From the NCBI RefSeq assembly GCF_963921235.1, contig NC_086118.1:15936001-16000000 (forward strand): a stretch of DNA of 64,000 nt, read 5' to 3'. The notes below the pieces were generated by a model. It was not told the DNA's origin and made no database searches. It worked only from the letters and a program-made list of their open reading frames with translations. This DNA is from Mobula hypostoma (Eukaryota). Position numbers and translations under genes: made by a program. Shown one piece after another: positions 37,130 through 50,372 of this stretch (positions are counted from its first letter, which is position 1; each line of letters starts with the position of its first letter).

Positions 37130-37216
37130 GGAGCACACAAAATGCTGGAGGAACTCAGCAGGTCAGGCAGCATCTGTGGAAATGAAAAAAACAGTTGACA
37201 TTTCAGACTAAGACCC
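37130..37216 (-). mobile_element. Penelope terminus with decayed hammerhead
   Basis: cacacaaaatgctggaggaactcagcaggtcaggcagcatc..acagttgacatttcagac. Confidence 0.7.
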
Positions 37217-37709
37217 ATGTTGAGTTACATTTCATATTCTCTCGTGCTCATGGAAGCACTGAGATTAACAGCAAGGAGACTACACAGAGTGTGAGGGAGA
37301 TAAAAGCAATTAAAGTGAATATAAGGCCAGTAAATACAATGCTGAGATAGTCATTGTGTCAGGAAAAAATTACACCTGTTACTTTTTTTTACAGAAAATA
37401 GTTGGATTAAGTCGCTAAAAAGCCATTGCAAGAACCAAATGTTTCAGAAGAAAATAAAAGGGTCAACCTAATTGATGAAGGTTTGAAGATACACAATCAT
37501 CAGACAATAGCTTTACATTTTTACAGCAATCTGGTTGTCACTTCTGATGATGCAGATTTATTTAATAAAATAAACATTGTTGCTGAGGTGAGATTGAACT
37601 CGTGTCCAACTGATCAAGATAACAATTAGAATGTTACTTCCCAGGAAGTCCGAAGTTAGAGGGATGCTGTCTACATTAATGGAGTCATTAGGAGAAATTA
37701 GATTAGATA

Positions 37710-38170
37710 ATGCAAATATCTAATCAGCCAATCATATGGCAGGAACTGAATGCATAAAAGCATGCAGCCATAGTCAATAGGTTCGGTTGTTGTTCAGACT
37801 AAATATGAGAATGGGGAAGAAATGGGATCTAAGTGACTTTGACCATGGAATGATTGTTGGTGCCTGATGGGGTGGTTTGAGTATTTCAGAAACTGATGAT
37901 CTCCTGGGACTTGCATGGACAACATCTCTGGAGTTTACAGGGAAAAGTGTCAAAAACAAACAAAAAAAAATCCAGTGAGCTGCGGCTTTATGGACAAAAA
38001 CGCCTTCTAAAGGAGAGAGATCAAAGGAGAATGGCCAGACTGGTTCAAGCTGGCAGGGAGGCAACAGCGACTCAAATAACCACACTTTACAACAATTGAA
38101 TTTTGAAGGGAATGGGCCACACTAGCAGATCATGAATGTACTCTTTATTGGGTACAGGAGGTATAATTTG
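37710..38170 (+). mobile_element. Tc1/mariner remnant (N-terminal HTH region of the transposase)
   Basis: MGKKWDLSDFDHGMIVGA*WGGLSISETDDLLG ... RDQRRMARLVQAGREATATQITTLYN; no DDE domain. Confidence 0.8.
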
Positions 38171-38197
38171 CGTGTTTAATTTGTGCATAAATGATCT

Positions 38198-39097
38198 CAA
38201 AGTTTCAGAGTACACTTACTATTAAAGTATGTATACTGTATACAGCATTTACTATTAAAGTATGTGTAGAGTATTAAACCCTGAGATTCATCCTCTCGCA
38301 GGCAACCACAAAAGCAATAAACATCATAGAACCTATTTAAAGAAAATACCAAACTCCCAATGAGCAAAAAAAATCAAATTGTGCAAACAGCAAAAAGTGA
38401 GCAAATAACGCAAAGAATATTAAATAACTAACTGCAGAGTCCTCGAAACAGTCCAGGAGCCACAGCTACTGATTCAGATCGGTTTAATGCTGTGTGGATC
38501 ACTGCAGACCACAGCCAATTCTGCACCAAAGCACCTCGATCAAATTGTGTAAGTAGCAAAAAAGAGTAACCAGCAAATCATGGAACATGAACCGCAAAGT
38601 CCTCCAAAAATGAATCCACAAAATTGCGGAGTGCATTCAGCGCTGAGGGCATTAAACATCAAACTGCAGAGTAGAGTTCTACAGCCACATGCTGCACCAA
38701 GGCAATCAAACCGGCAACTTCCTCTGGCAGCAGAGAGAGAGGGAAATCGGTCAAACACAGGCAGACAGTGCTGAACACTCACTCATCTTCTGCTCTTGTC
38801 CACATCAATTTCAATCTTGTTCGATTCATGGATTAATGGAGCCAACCATGGGTTTGCGTTCTGCCATTAGGATACGATAGCTGCACACTCTGCTCTCAAC
38901 ATCACTGAACTCCCCCAGGAGATGGCAAAAGCACTAGATCACTTAGCTGACCCAAACGTACATAATCAAAATGGAAATTATGGGCTGTAATTGCTTGCAG
39001 TTCAGGAGAAGAAGCATATTCAAAAGAAGTAGAAGTAGTTTAGTGAACTGTCTGCAGGTTACCGCTGTTGGTTGCGTTGGTAGCTGGTGCCATCTTG
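38198..39097 (-). mobile_element. Non-autonomous retroposon, probably mobilised by L2 or Rex LINEs
   Basis: Begins caagatggc on the minus strand; 3' tail similar to 40140-40252 and 56515-56605. Confidence 0.5.
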
Positions 39098-39722
39098 TCA
39101 AGCCATTCTTGTAACTATTTAGTCACTAAAACATATTAATGAGGATCAGCTACTAAATTGCATGGATTCTAAAAACATACAAGTTATAGTTTTCTGAAGC
39201 CACAATCTCCTTTGAAGAAAATGAAACTACCTTACTCTATTACAATCTCTGTACACAGTTGCGAAAATTAAAAATCTTAAAACAAAAACAGCTAGACCTG
39301 AACTGTGCTGCTCTATTTCATTCTAGATTGGATTCACACTACACCTACCACCAGTCATCACCACCTTCCACTTATTTACACATCTGCAACATCATATGAT
39401 TCTGTTCCCACTTAAAGCTGCTAAGGATTTTGAGTTCCCTGTTTTGTTCAAAGAAGATAATATTGCAGATAAATAGGTGGTCTTTGATGATGGATGATAG
39501 AAGTAACTTGAAGTCCACTTGCCTCCATTACATCTGGGTGTCTTGTTTTCCTCAGTGGTGTTCAGAGCTGAAAGACCAATGCACAAAATATAAAAGCCCT
39601 TTTCCCCAGTTCAATCATTCGTGTCGAGAGTTTTCAGTCATATTGACACTCGACTCTGGGAACTTGGTTTAAACATCAATGACAGCTATTCTTTACTTGC
39701 AGAAACATTCTGGTAAAATAAT

Positions 39723-40590
39723 TAGAACATAAGAAATAGGAATAAGAGTAGGTAGTTTGGCCCCTCATACATACTTTGCCATTCAATATATTTGGAGCTG
39801 ATCCAATCTTGTCAGCTCCACTATCCTACCTGTTCCCCATAACAGCTGGCTTCCCATTAGTGTGAAAACATGTTTCTCCCAGTCAGTTCTGTTTGCTTCT
39901 CCAAAATGTTTACTCGGCTCTGCACTGAACTGAGGAGGGCCTGCTCCAGTTGCTTCAGGGTCCGAGTCTGAGAGGGCTCCACAACGTTTACTTGGCTCTG
40001 CGCACAACTGAGGCTGAGACTATGACCTGCTCTGGGCTTCATGTCTGAGGACTCACTTTTGTTCTGAATGCTATTTGCTTACTATTTGCATGATTTGTTT
40101 TTTTTCTGTCTGCACATTGGGTTTTTGACCGTCTTTTTTATATGGGTACTTTTGGGTTTCTTTGTTTTATGGCTGCCTGTAAGGAGACAAATATTAAGGT
40201 TGGATAATGTATATATACTTTGATAATAAATGTACTTTGAACTTTGAACTTAAAGACCTTAGAAGAATGAGCCTGTTGGGGTAGAAATTCCAAAGATTCA
40301 TTGCACTCTCTGAAGAACTTTTTTCTCATCTCATTCCTGAATGACAGATTCCTTTCTTTAAGGCTGCGACTTCTGACTCTAGACACCCCAGTCTGGAGAA
40401 AAATCATCCCTACATTTACCTCATCAAGCCACATGAGGATTTTGAATGTTTCTTTGAGATCATCTCTCATCCTTCTGGACTCGAATGAGTGTCAGTCCAA
40501 TCTCCTTAACCTTTCCTCAGAAGGCTACTTTTGTAATCTAAAGTTCAACTCAATCACAATGCCTTCAGCTGCGTCCCTTAAATAAAGACC
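39723..40590 (-). mobile_element. CR1 3' fragment split by an insertion
   Basis: Tail agaacataagaaatagg at 39724; ORF2 remnant RDDLKETFKIL resumes after 40253. Confidence 0.75.
39878..40252 (+). mobile_element. Non-autonomous retroposon 3' part with (ACTTTGA)n tail
   Basis: Internal repeat gtttact.ggctctgc.c..aactgagg; ends aataaatgtactttgaactttgaactt. Confidence 0.6.
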
Positions 40591-40656
40591 ATTAATGCAT
40601 AACATTCATTTCCAACTCCTGTAGTGACATTCAGCTGAGAAACAATTGGCTTAATG

Positions 40657-40736
40657 CAAGGGTTCCCAACATTTTCTATGCCAAGAGCCAAAACCATTAA
40701 ACAAGGGGTCTGTGGATCCCAGGCTGGGAACTCTTG
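40657..40736. mobile_element. 80-bp hAT-type MITE
   Basis: TIRs caagggttcccaac / gctgggaactcttg; perfect 8-bp TSD gcttaatg. Confidence 0.9.
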
Positions 40737-41369
40737 GCTTAATGCAAATGTTTTGGACTTTAAAGAAAAAGAATGTATAAAGAAGAGTGTGATCCTGATA
40801 ACCCATTGATTTTAATTTACATCTGTTATTATTTATTAGTTTATCATTTTTATACCAACATAATATTTTCTTTTGTGGATCAGTTAACTGAAAGTCACCA
40901 CATTTTAAACTGGCGATACAGGACAAAAAACATTGAGACATTAAGGTCAGGCAAAAGTGCTGCAGTCACCGAAAGTATATTAGGGCAAGTGGTTTGAAAT
41001 TATTTCTGTGAGGTAACTTTACACCATTTCAACTTCTTGAAGCCTGGAATATAATTACAGCAAATGCAAAGCAAGATTATACAAACTTCCCAGCTGATTC
41101 AAGGCACAGTAGAAAGCATTTTAAATGTCACTTCTGCATTTTGTTTTTAAGAGAGATAGTAGAAGCCTACTGTTTGCTAATATCATGATGTTATCAGCAT
41201 TTGGATAATCCATAGTGACACTTCCATCACACTGACAAGGGCAGATGTACATTCCTGATGAAATGGCCAACAATACAGCAACCTGCAAAATCTTCTCTAC
41301 GTTGACCAGATACCATCTCCAGAAAGAACTTGTGGCACAATTTTGTCCTAAATCAACCTCCTTTAATTT

Positions 41370-42072
41370 TTTAAGTCCTTCCAGAAGAGGCAACACCTCA
41401 CAAGTGAATTTTTTGGGGCTGTCTACTGTATCCAGTGCAGCCTCCTTACATTTGTGAGACCTGACATAGTATGGGTGGACTCTCTTGTCGAGCACCTCAG
41501 CTCCATTCACAAAAATCAAATTTTCCTGGTGGCCAACTAATTCAATTCCTATTCCCATCCCCATTCTTGTTCTGACATGCCAGACCTTGGCCACTTCTTC
41601 TGCCACGATGAGGCAACTCTCAGGTTGGAGGAACAACACCTCATATTCCATCTAGGTAGCCTCCAACCTGAAGGCATGAACATCGATTTCTCCAACTTCC
41701 ATTAATTTTCTTCCCCCCTCCCCCTTCCTTCTTCATTTCCCCATTCTGGGTTCTTACCTCTTCTCCTCACCTGCCGAACACCTCCACCTTCCCTTTCTCC
41801 CATGATCCACTCTTCTCTCCTATCAGATTCCTTCTTCTACAGCCCTTTGCCTTTTCTACTTATTTCCTACCAGCTTCTTACTTCATCTCCCCCTCCTCTG
41901 CGTGGCGCCTGGCTTCGCTTATATTCTCCTCTCCCCCAACACACATTCTGGCTTCTTCACCTGTCCTTTCCAGTACTGATATAGGGATTTGGCTCAAAAC
42001 ATCAACTGTTTATTCATTTCCATCGAAGCTGCCTGACCTGCTGTGTTCCTCCAGCATTTTGTGTGTGTTGTT
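41370..42072 (+). mobile_element. Decayed Penelope-like fragment
   Basis: RLEEQHLIFHLGSLQPEGMNIDFSNF; decayed hammerhead at 41971-42008; standard terminus. Confidence 0.85.
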
Positions 42073-42264
42073 CCTTTAGTGTTTGTTTTCTTGCTACTGT
42101 TTATTGGTTGACTCAAAATAGTATTATAAATGATCAGAGGTAATCACTGATATAGTATTTTCTGTTCCAGCACTAAATGGTGCATAATACTCGCTGCATC
42201 GTTAGCAATTTAAATAAAATTCCCAATTTGTAATAGAACTGATATTAGCAGTAGTTTCGTATAT

Positions 42265-42572
42265 GTAGGCATCCGTTAGTCTCATGAGACCATGGATTTG
42301 TGCCTTGGAAGGTTTCCAGGGCACAGACCTGGGCAAGGTTGTATGGAAGACCAGCAGTTGCCCATGCTGCAAGTCTCCCCTCTCCACGCCACCAATGTTG
42401 TACAAGGGAAGGGCACTAGGACGCTTACAGCTTGGCACCAGTGTCATCACAGAGCAATGTGTGGTTAAGTGCCTTGCTCAAGGACACACACGCTGCCTTA
42501 GCCAAGGCTCGAACTAGCAACCTTCAATTCACTAGACGAACGCCTTAACCACTTAGCCACGCACCAACACAC
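42265..42572 (-). mobile_element. Full-length tRNA-derived SINE with TSD
   Basis: A box tggctaagtgg, B box agttcgagcc, gtgtccttgagcaaggcacttaac core; flanked by agtttc(g/a)tatat. Confidence 0.85.
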
Positions 42573-42714
42573 AGTTTCATATATAAACAAATATTAAATA
42601 TTATTCGTGGGGGATTGCCTAATAATGTGGTCAACATATGTCTGAAGTTTAAGCAGCAGTGGGAGAAATGTTATACTAATAATGTGCTTCCTAATTTTGT
42701 CAATAGTACATTCT

Positions 42715-44420
42715 AGCCGAATAATTACGTTTTAACATATTCACTGAACGTCCCAAGAGGAACTGGTATGTTACCGTTATAAAAGCCACGTATTTCGCAT
42801 CGTTGTCGGGAATGCTGAAAATCACAATGTTGCTATTAGTCATCGTTTGTCTCTACATCAGCTGCGAAACGCATATTCTGATATTTGGGATAACGTCCAA
42901 GTGCATCTGAATATTTTCCACCTAGAACCAACAGGATAATATTAATATTCGATTTAATTTGCTTTTTCGAATGTGTTGTATAACTTACACTTTGTGCCGT
43001 TCTCTAATTAGAGTGCATCACACACAAACCTTATCTTGGGAATTTCGAAGAGATTTTCACCCACACACATGGTTCCAGATACATTTCGCGGCCACTGGAG
43101 ACTGCAGATTATCATTGAACTTGATGTTACGTTCTGTCGCATCCAGGTGAGGTATTCCAGCTGCTCGGCTGCCTCGCCACGTTCTGTTCAACACAAATAC
43201 GAGAACATTTTATTAGCTATACGAAAGCCCTGACAAAAAAATAGTTTCTACCCAATTCACTTCTGACTAGCGGATCGCAGTTTTGTGCGGCATCGTAACA
43301 CGTCCTTAAGATGTCTTTAAAAACTCACAGGTCCCCAGATTCAGTGTTCTTAATCATTTTCCCCGCATCATTTGGCAATTAGGTTTACTTCGGCCACTTC
43401 CTCGAGCTGTGATTCTCAGTGACAGTGTTGGTCTTTTCCCAGATGCTGTCTGTATTTTCCATCAACCTGTTTAGTCACATCTCATGTATCCGAGTGGCGG
43501 CTAATCTCCTCGTTTTTTGCATGTACAGCAAATTAACCCTCTACATGTGGTAATAAATAGGTTTCATTATCAACGAAGAAAAACAGATGTCATATTTGTG
43601 CCTAATACTATTAATAGCTTGTCAAATATCCACTAATTCAATTAGCTACTATATCTGCCTAGGAAGAACTGAGAGGATGATATCGTATTTCCAATGTAAA
43701 GCTCCTAAAAGACGTAATGTCCAATATCCATGTCAACATGATTGATAATGTCAAATTGACTAATAAACGATTCTGTCAACTCTATACAACATCATCATAA
43801 CATTCTTTTTTTTCTTGGTGGGGGGTGGATTTATTGTTCACACCGTCTGAAATTGCCCAGCTCAAACTAAACGGCGGAACAGATTGGCTTCTCTTGTCTT
43901 CGTATGCATGCGATCAATTCTAAAATGCATTCATTGCTTGGGAAAAGGAAGGTGTGAATGAATGTATGCTTTCTGTGGGGTTAGCGTAACGCTTTACAGC
44001 GCCCGCAGTAAGATCGAGTTTCAGTTCCCGCCTCTGTGGTTACGGAGTGTGGCCTTTCTCTCCGTGACCGCGGGTACTGCACCTTCCTCTCATATTCCAA
44101 AAAGGACGAATGGTTTGTATTAGAATATTGTTGGCATGCGTAGACCTCCCCGGCACACCTCGGACCGTCGGTCGATAACGCAAAACAAGGCATTCCACTG
44201 TATCACAATGTGCCTGTGACAAATATAAATACGGTCCATAGGTCATGGGTTAAGGGTGAAAGGTGAAAAGTTTAAGGGGAACATGAGGGGAGACTTGTTC
44301 ATTCAGATGGTCGTAAGACTGTGGAACTGCCAGCGCAAGTAATGCATGCGAGGTCGATTTCCACGTTTGAAACAAGTCGGAGTAGAAGCATGGATCGCAG
44401 GGGTATGGAGGGCTATGGTC
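42715..44420. promoter_or_regulatory. Second CpG-rich domain
   Basis: Visible CG enrichment in AT-rich unique DNA and in embedded repeats; not computed. Confidence 0.5.
43975..44230 (+). mobile_element. V-SINE-like element
   Basis: ggttagcgtaacgctttacagc..gagtttcagttcccgcc..tctctccgtgaccgcggg. Confidence 0.7.
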
Positions 44421-44520
44421 TCGGTGCAGGTTGATGGGAGCAGGCAGTTTAGATGGTTTGGCACCGACTAGATGGGCCGAAGGACCTGTTTCTTTGCTGT
44501 AATTTTCTATGACTCCATAA
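44238..44520 (+). mobile_element. CR1 3' fragment
   Basis: GHGLRVKGEKFKGNMRG plus 3' UTR ending ttctatgact. Confidence 0.85.
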
Positions 44521-45361
44521 CCTTTAACTTTCAGTCACTTCTCTTAAAATGGATATGTAACTCGTGTTGCAAATGGAGAGGCTTCATCAAGCCACAATGC
44601 TGTATTCTCGCTTGTAGGTGAACATGTACCAACCCAGATAAATACCATACCTATTACCTCCAACATTTACATTTAAAATATTTCTCCCCCCTTCCCCAGA
44701 GGATAGCACTGCTCACTACCCCCCATGATTTTTCATAGTAAAATTGTTGCTTGGATACTGAATGCAAATTATAACCTTAGACTGTAAACCTAATTTTAAT
44801 CTACTACATTAAGGTGTAGTAAATTGGATAACCCAATTTTGATCATTTAGACACTCCTAAAGGAAATCTTTAGTTCAATTACCAAACTCGGGATTTGGTA
44901 AAAAAAATAATGCATTGGAGATGTTTCAAGACAATGTTTTATTTTAATTTACCTTGTTGCATTTTTAGTTTAATAGCTTTGCCAATGAATGAATGTCCCA
45001 AGAATGACCTGTCTACTTATAATAAATTATTAATCATAATTTTTGCACAGATTGCAACTGAAACAAAATATTAAAAACATTTCATTGACTTTCTAAAACC
45101 GTTCTGTCTGTATAGACTGAGGCTATTTTGAGATTTATTTTTACAATTTATTATACCAAACATTATATAGAAAAATAAAATATCATTTTACCACTTCAAT
45201 ACATAGAACCTAGGTCAAAAGCCTCAAATCCTTTATGTTATTTATATTCCATAACCTGATGGAGCATTTTAATTGAGCTATATCTTCTGGTATTCAGGAT
45301 TATTCATCTCACTTTGCTTGCAATATAATTTTATAATCCAGTTAATGTAATTATAGAGATG

Positions 45362-45612
45362 AGATAAGACCATAAGATATAGGAGCAGGATTAGGCCATT
45401 TGGCCCATCGAGTCTGCTCTGCCATTTACATATGGCTGATCCATTTACCCTCTCAGACCTAATCTCCTGCCTTCTCTTTGTATGCCTTCGTGCCCTGACT
45501 AATCAAGAATCCATCAACTTCTGCCTGAAATAGATCCAACGATGGCCTCCACAGCCACCTGTGGCAACAAATTCCACAGATTTAACTGGCTAAAGAAATT
45601 CATCCTCATCTC
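45362..45612 (-). mobile_element. CR1 3' end
   Basis: ataagaccataagatataggagcag tail, same type as at 3727. Confidence 0.85.
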
Positions 45613-45739
45613 CAACATTTCCACCATTTGTTAGAAGTTGCCTGAAACATCTTCAACAATTATTTTAATCTTTTTATAGATCTCTTTTCCATTTGAAACA
45701 AAACCAACTACAATTTTGGTCATCTACTTCATCCTTAAA

Positions 45740-47844
45740 CTCTACCAACTTGGAGGAGTACACGGCATCAGTGACGAGCTACATCAGCAAGTGCATCGAT
45801 GACGTCACTGTGGCCAAGACCATCACTACACGCACTAACCAGAAGCCATGGATGACCGCGGAGGTGTGTGCGCTGCTGAGGACCCGTGACTCCACCTTCA
45901 GAGCAGGTGACAAGGCAGCCCTAACAACAGTGAGGGCCAAACTGTCCCGGGCCATCAGAGAGGCAAGGCATGCACATGCCCAGCGAATCCACAGCCACTT
46001 CCAGGACAGCGGCGACACACGGTGCATGTGGAAGGGCATTCAGGACATCATCAACTACAGGACAACATCACCTGCCTGTGCTGGTGATGCCTCCCTCCCA
46101 GATGCATTGAACAACTTCTACGCTCATTTTGAGGTGGAAAATGACCTGGCAGCGAGGAGGACCACCCCTCCTCCAAAGGACCAGGTGCTGTGTCTTACCA
46201 TGGCTGATGTGAGGAGAACCCTGTGCAGGGTCAACCCACGGAAGGCTGCTGGACCAGACATTATTGCTGGCAGAGTACTTAGATGATGTGTATTCCAGCT
46301 AGCTGAGATTCTCACTGACATCTTCAACATCTTCCTGAGCAGCACCATTGTTCCTATGTGCTTCAAGGCTGCCACCATTGTCCCCGTGCCGAAGAAGTCT
46401 TCAGTGTCCTGCCTCAACGACTACCGTCCTGTTGCACTCACATCCATCATCATGAAGTATTTCGAGAGGCTCATTATGAGGCACATCAAGACCCTGCTGC
46501 CCCCCTCACTGGACCCCCGACAGTTCGCGTACTGTCCCAACCATTCAACAGACGATGCCATTGCCATCACCCTCCACCTGGCCCTAACCCACCTGGACAA
46601 AAAAGACATGTAGGTTCAAATGCTGTTCATAGTCTCCAGTTCAGCATTCAACACAATCATTCCTCAGAAACTGATTGGAAAGCTGAGCCTACTGGGCCTG
46701 AACACCTCCCTCTGCAACTGGATCGTACATTTCCTAACTGGGAGATCTCAGTCAGTCCAGATCAGAAGCAGCATCTCCAACACCATCACACTGAGCACAG
46801 GGGCCCCCCAGGGCTGTGTGCTCAGTCCACTGCTATTCACTCTGCTGACCCACGACTGTGCTGCAACACACAGCTCGAATCACATCATCAAGTTCGCCGA
46901 TGACACGACCGTGATGGGTCTCATCAGCAAGAACGGTGAGTCAGCATACAGAGAGGAGGTGTAGCGGCTAACGGACTGGTGCAGAGCCAACAACCTGTCT
47001 CTGAATGTGAACAAAACAAAAGAGATGGTTGTTGACTTCAGGAGGACACAGAGCGACTACTCTCCGCTGAACATCGACGACTCCTCCGTAGAGATCATTA
47101 AGAGCACCAAATTTCTTGGTGTTCACCTGGCGGAGAATCTCACCTGGTCCCTCAACACCAGCTCCATAGCAAAGAAAGCCCAGCAGCGTCTCTACTTTCT
47201 GCGAAGGCTGAGAGAAGTCCATCTCCCAACCCCCATCCTCACCACATTCTACAGAGGTTGTATTGAGAGCATCCTGAGCAGCTGCATCACTGCCTGGTTC
47301 GGAAATTTCACCATCTCGGATCGCAAGACCCTGCAGCAGATAGTGAAGTCTGCTGAGAATATCATCAGGATCTCTCTTCCCGCCATTACAGACTTTTACA
47401 CCGCCCGCTGCATCCTCAAAGCAAACTGCATTATGAAGGACCCCACGCACCCCTCATACAAACTCTTCTCCCTCCTGCTATCTGGCAAAAGGCACCGAAC
47501 CATTGGGGCTCTCACAACCAGACTATGTAACAGTTTCTTCCCCCAAGCCATCAGACTCCTCAATACCCAGAGCCTGGACTGACACCAACCTACTGCCCTC
47601 TACGGTGCCTATTGTCTTGTTTATTATTTATTGTAACGCCTGCACTGTTTTGTGCACTTTATGCAGTCCTGGATAGGTCTGTATTCTAGTGTAGTTTTTG
47701 TGTTGTTTTATGTAGTTGAGTAGTTTTTGTATTGTTTCATGTTGCACCATGGTCCTGAAAAATGTCGCCTCGTTTTTACTGTGTACTGTACCAGCAGTTA
47801 TGGTCGAAATGACAATAAAAAGTGACTTGACTTGACTTGACTTG
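45740..47844 (+). mobile_element. Rex1/Babar LINE, 5'-truncated, with in-frame stops
   Basis: [51 protein letters not shown]; (GACTT)n tail. Confidence 0.93.
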
Positions 47845-47942
47845 GAATGGGTGGGTGATGCATTTGGGATAAACTATTACATTTAAAAGTGTACTATGTG
47901 GAAGTTGTTATTGAAGAATCCTTAATCATTTTTACAATAATG

Positions 47943-48022
47943 CAGGAGCTCCCGACCTTTTTTATGCCATGGAGCCTTACCATTAAACAAAGGGTCAGGG
48001 GACCCCAGGTTGGGAACCCCAG
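47943..48022. mobile_element. 80-bp hAT-type MITE, second copy
   Basis: TIRs caggagctcccgacc / ggttgggaaccccag; TSD caataatg / cagtaatg; interior matches 40657-40736. Confidence 0.85.
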
Positions 48023-49214
48023 CAGTAATGGCTTTCACATTTTTAGAGAATGGCATGTTTTTTAGCAATAGTCTGTGCGAGGAGTGGCGCCCCACACAGA
48101 CTTCCAATCTGCGCCTTGTAAGGCATGAAAGTGCCCGACACAGGCCTCTCATGGTCTGAGTCGACGTTCCCCTTAGCAATAACCCTCATTGTTGACCCCA
48201 AAGAAAGCTTCACACAAAAGTCCTGAAAACTTTATGCTTTTTTAATGTTAAGCATCAGGTTTAATGGATTTTTGATATTCAGCAACAGTGATATAACCAC
48301 ATGAATTGGAAAGAATGGCCCATACACCCCATCAATCTTCATCTGCAATTTAGGAAGATCATTGGTGATCTGATATCTCACACTGTTAAAAGTTAATCAA
48401 TTAAGATTCCTAGAGGTTATAGTCAAGGTTGATAAACATCAGATATGAAGGGGTTATTCATGATCTGCCCTTCTACACTCCAGAGGTTAATGTAGCAATG
48501 GTAACAACCGTCAGTTTCCATCGAAGTCTTGTTCTGAGCCTTTGGCAGAATTGAATTAACTTTGCAGATGAAGAAATACTAATTTGATGATTAGTTTCAA
48601 ATAACAATTTATGAGATTCTTGTAGGTAATTTTATCTTTTATGTTCTGAAAATAATGTAAAATATATAATTTTTTTCAGAATCACCAATGTAGCATTAAA
48701 TTAATAACTAGCCCACATTATTTAATAAACCTCTAAGTATTAAAGGGTTACACGTGCCAATGAGTTCAATTTACTGGAGTAAAATTATCTGATGATAATT
48801 CAGTTTGTTAGAGTAGGTCAAACCTGTAAATCACACTTTAAAATCAATTAGATTTGCAGTGTTGTTCTTGGACAACTTTCAGTGTTTACTGCACACATTG
48901 GAAAATAATCAAAGATTTGCGCTGTATTTCACTTTCTGAATATTGTCCTTTTCAAATAATACAACTATAATTTTTGCTGTGTTAGGCGTGATGATTGACA
49001 AGAGACTTCATTCACCAGCACCATGGGAGCCTATCTGTAGATATTGCATGAAATTCTATTTATCATTGCTGAGATTTTTGAATGTTATCCAGCATGTAAA
49101 GTTAATAGACAAGGCATATCAAAGATCCAGTGGAGCTGCAGTCTTTCTGCACACAAACTAGACTTTTGCCACTCAGAAAGTCCACATTAGCTATTAAGAA
49201 TCCATTTTTTAATT

Positions 49215-49715
49215 TGAAATACAACGTGGAACAGACCCTTCTGGTTTTTCCAGCTGCGCTGCCCAACAAATCCCTCAACTTCAGACAATATGCAATGACC
49301 CATTAACCTACCAACCACTATGTCTTTGGATTGTGGGAGGAAACTGGAGCACCCAGAGGAAACCCACGCAATTCCAGGGAGAATGTTAAAAACTCCTTAC
49401 AGACAGTGGTGGGAAATGAACCTGGGTCACTGGTATCATAAAGTGTCATGCTAATCGCTACACTAAAATGCCACCATTTAAAATGATTCAATACTAATCC
49501 TAATTTATTCTCTCCAACTCCACCCCACCCCCATGTTCTACCATACACCTATACAGAAGAGGTAATTTACTGCACCCAATTAACCTACTCACCTGTACAT
49601 CTTGGGAAGTGAGGGGATACCAAAGCACCTACAGGAAACCCACAAATTCAGAGAATAACTCCGCACAAACAGCACTGGAGGTTAGGACTGAGCCAAAATT
49701 GCTGGAACAGTGAGC
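49215..49715 (-). mobile_element. Two adjacent V-SINE copies
   Basis: tgtctttggattgtgggaggaaactggagcacccagaggaaacccacgc at 49321 and a second degenerate copy at 49560-49715. Confidence 0.75.
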
Positions 49716-50372
49716 TCTGATAGGTGCATCTCTGCTCCAGAGATCTCTGAGCAATATTTCAAATATAAAAGCATGAAAACAAAATTCCAATATTTTGATT
49801 CTTTTCAGGTCAACCAATAAGCTTACAACACATAAAATTTTGGAAATATTCAATACTTCCTTCATTATTTGAGGAAAGCAAAACAAGAGTTAATTTGGTG
49901 ACTCTTGCTAGGTATCAAAGGGAGCCACCATTGTTCAGCTGTTCCCACACAAACTGGACCTGGACTTCGACAAACCTGCTGTAAGTTTATGATATACTGT
50001 GACAGGTGTTGTGCATCAATCACTGTCCCTGTTGGTGGACTGCTGATGAGACCCTACAGCACTACACAAGTTATAACCTGGTATAGGATTGTAGGCTCGA
50101 TGTCTATTAAAAGGGAATCTTGACCTGGAAAATCATTTAAGAAGGATATTTTAAATACAAGCTATTTAACCAGTTCAATATCTTTTAATCACTTGGGTTT
50201 TTAATAACATTTTTATGTTTTAGTTTTTATTTTGCTATTATTTACATGGGTTTTTAATGTCTTCGTAAATCAGATATGTCTTAAAAACCATAAAGAAAGC
50301 CTTTGACAGGAGTTTTTGCTTTTGGCAAAGACCGTCACAATTTCTAAGGGGCAAGTCAGTCTATGATTTCTT

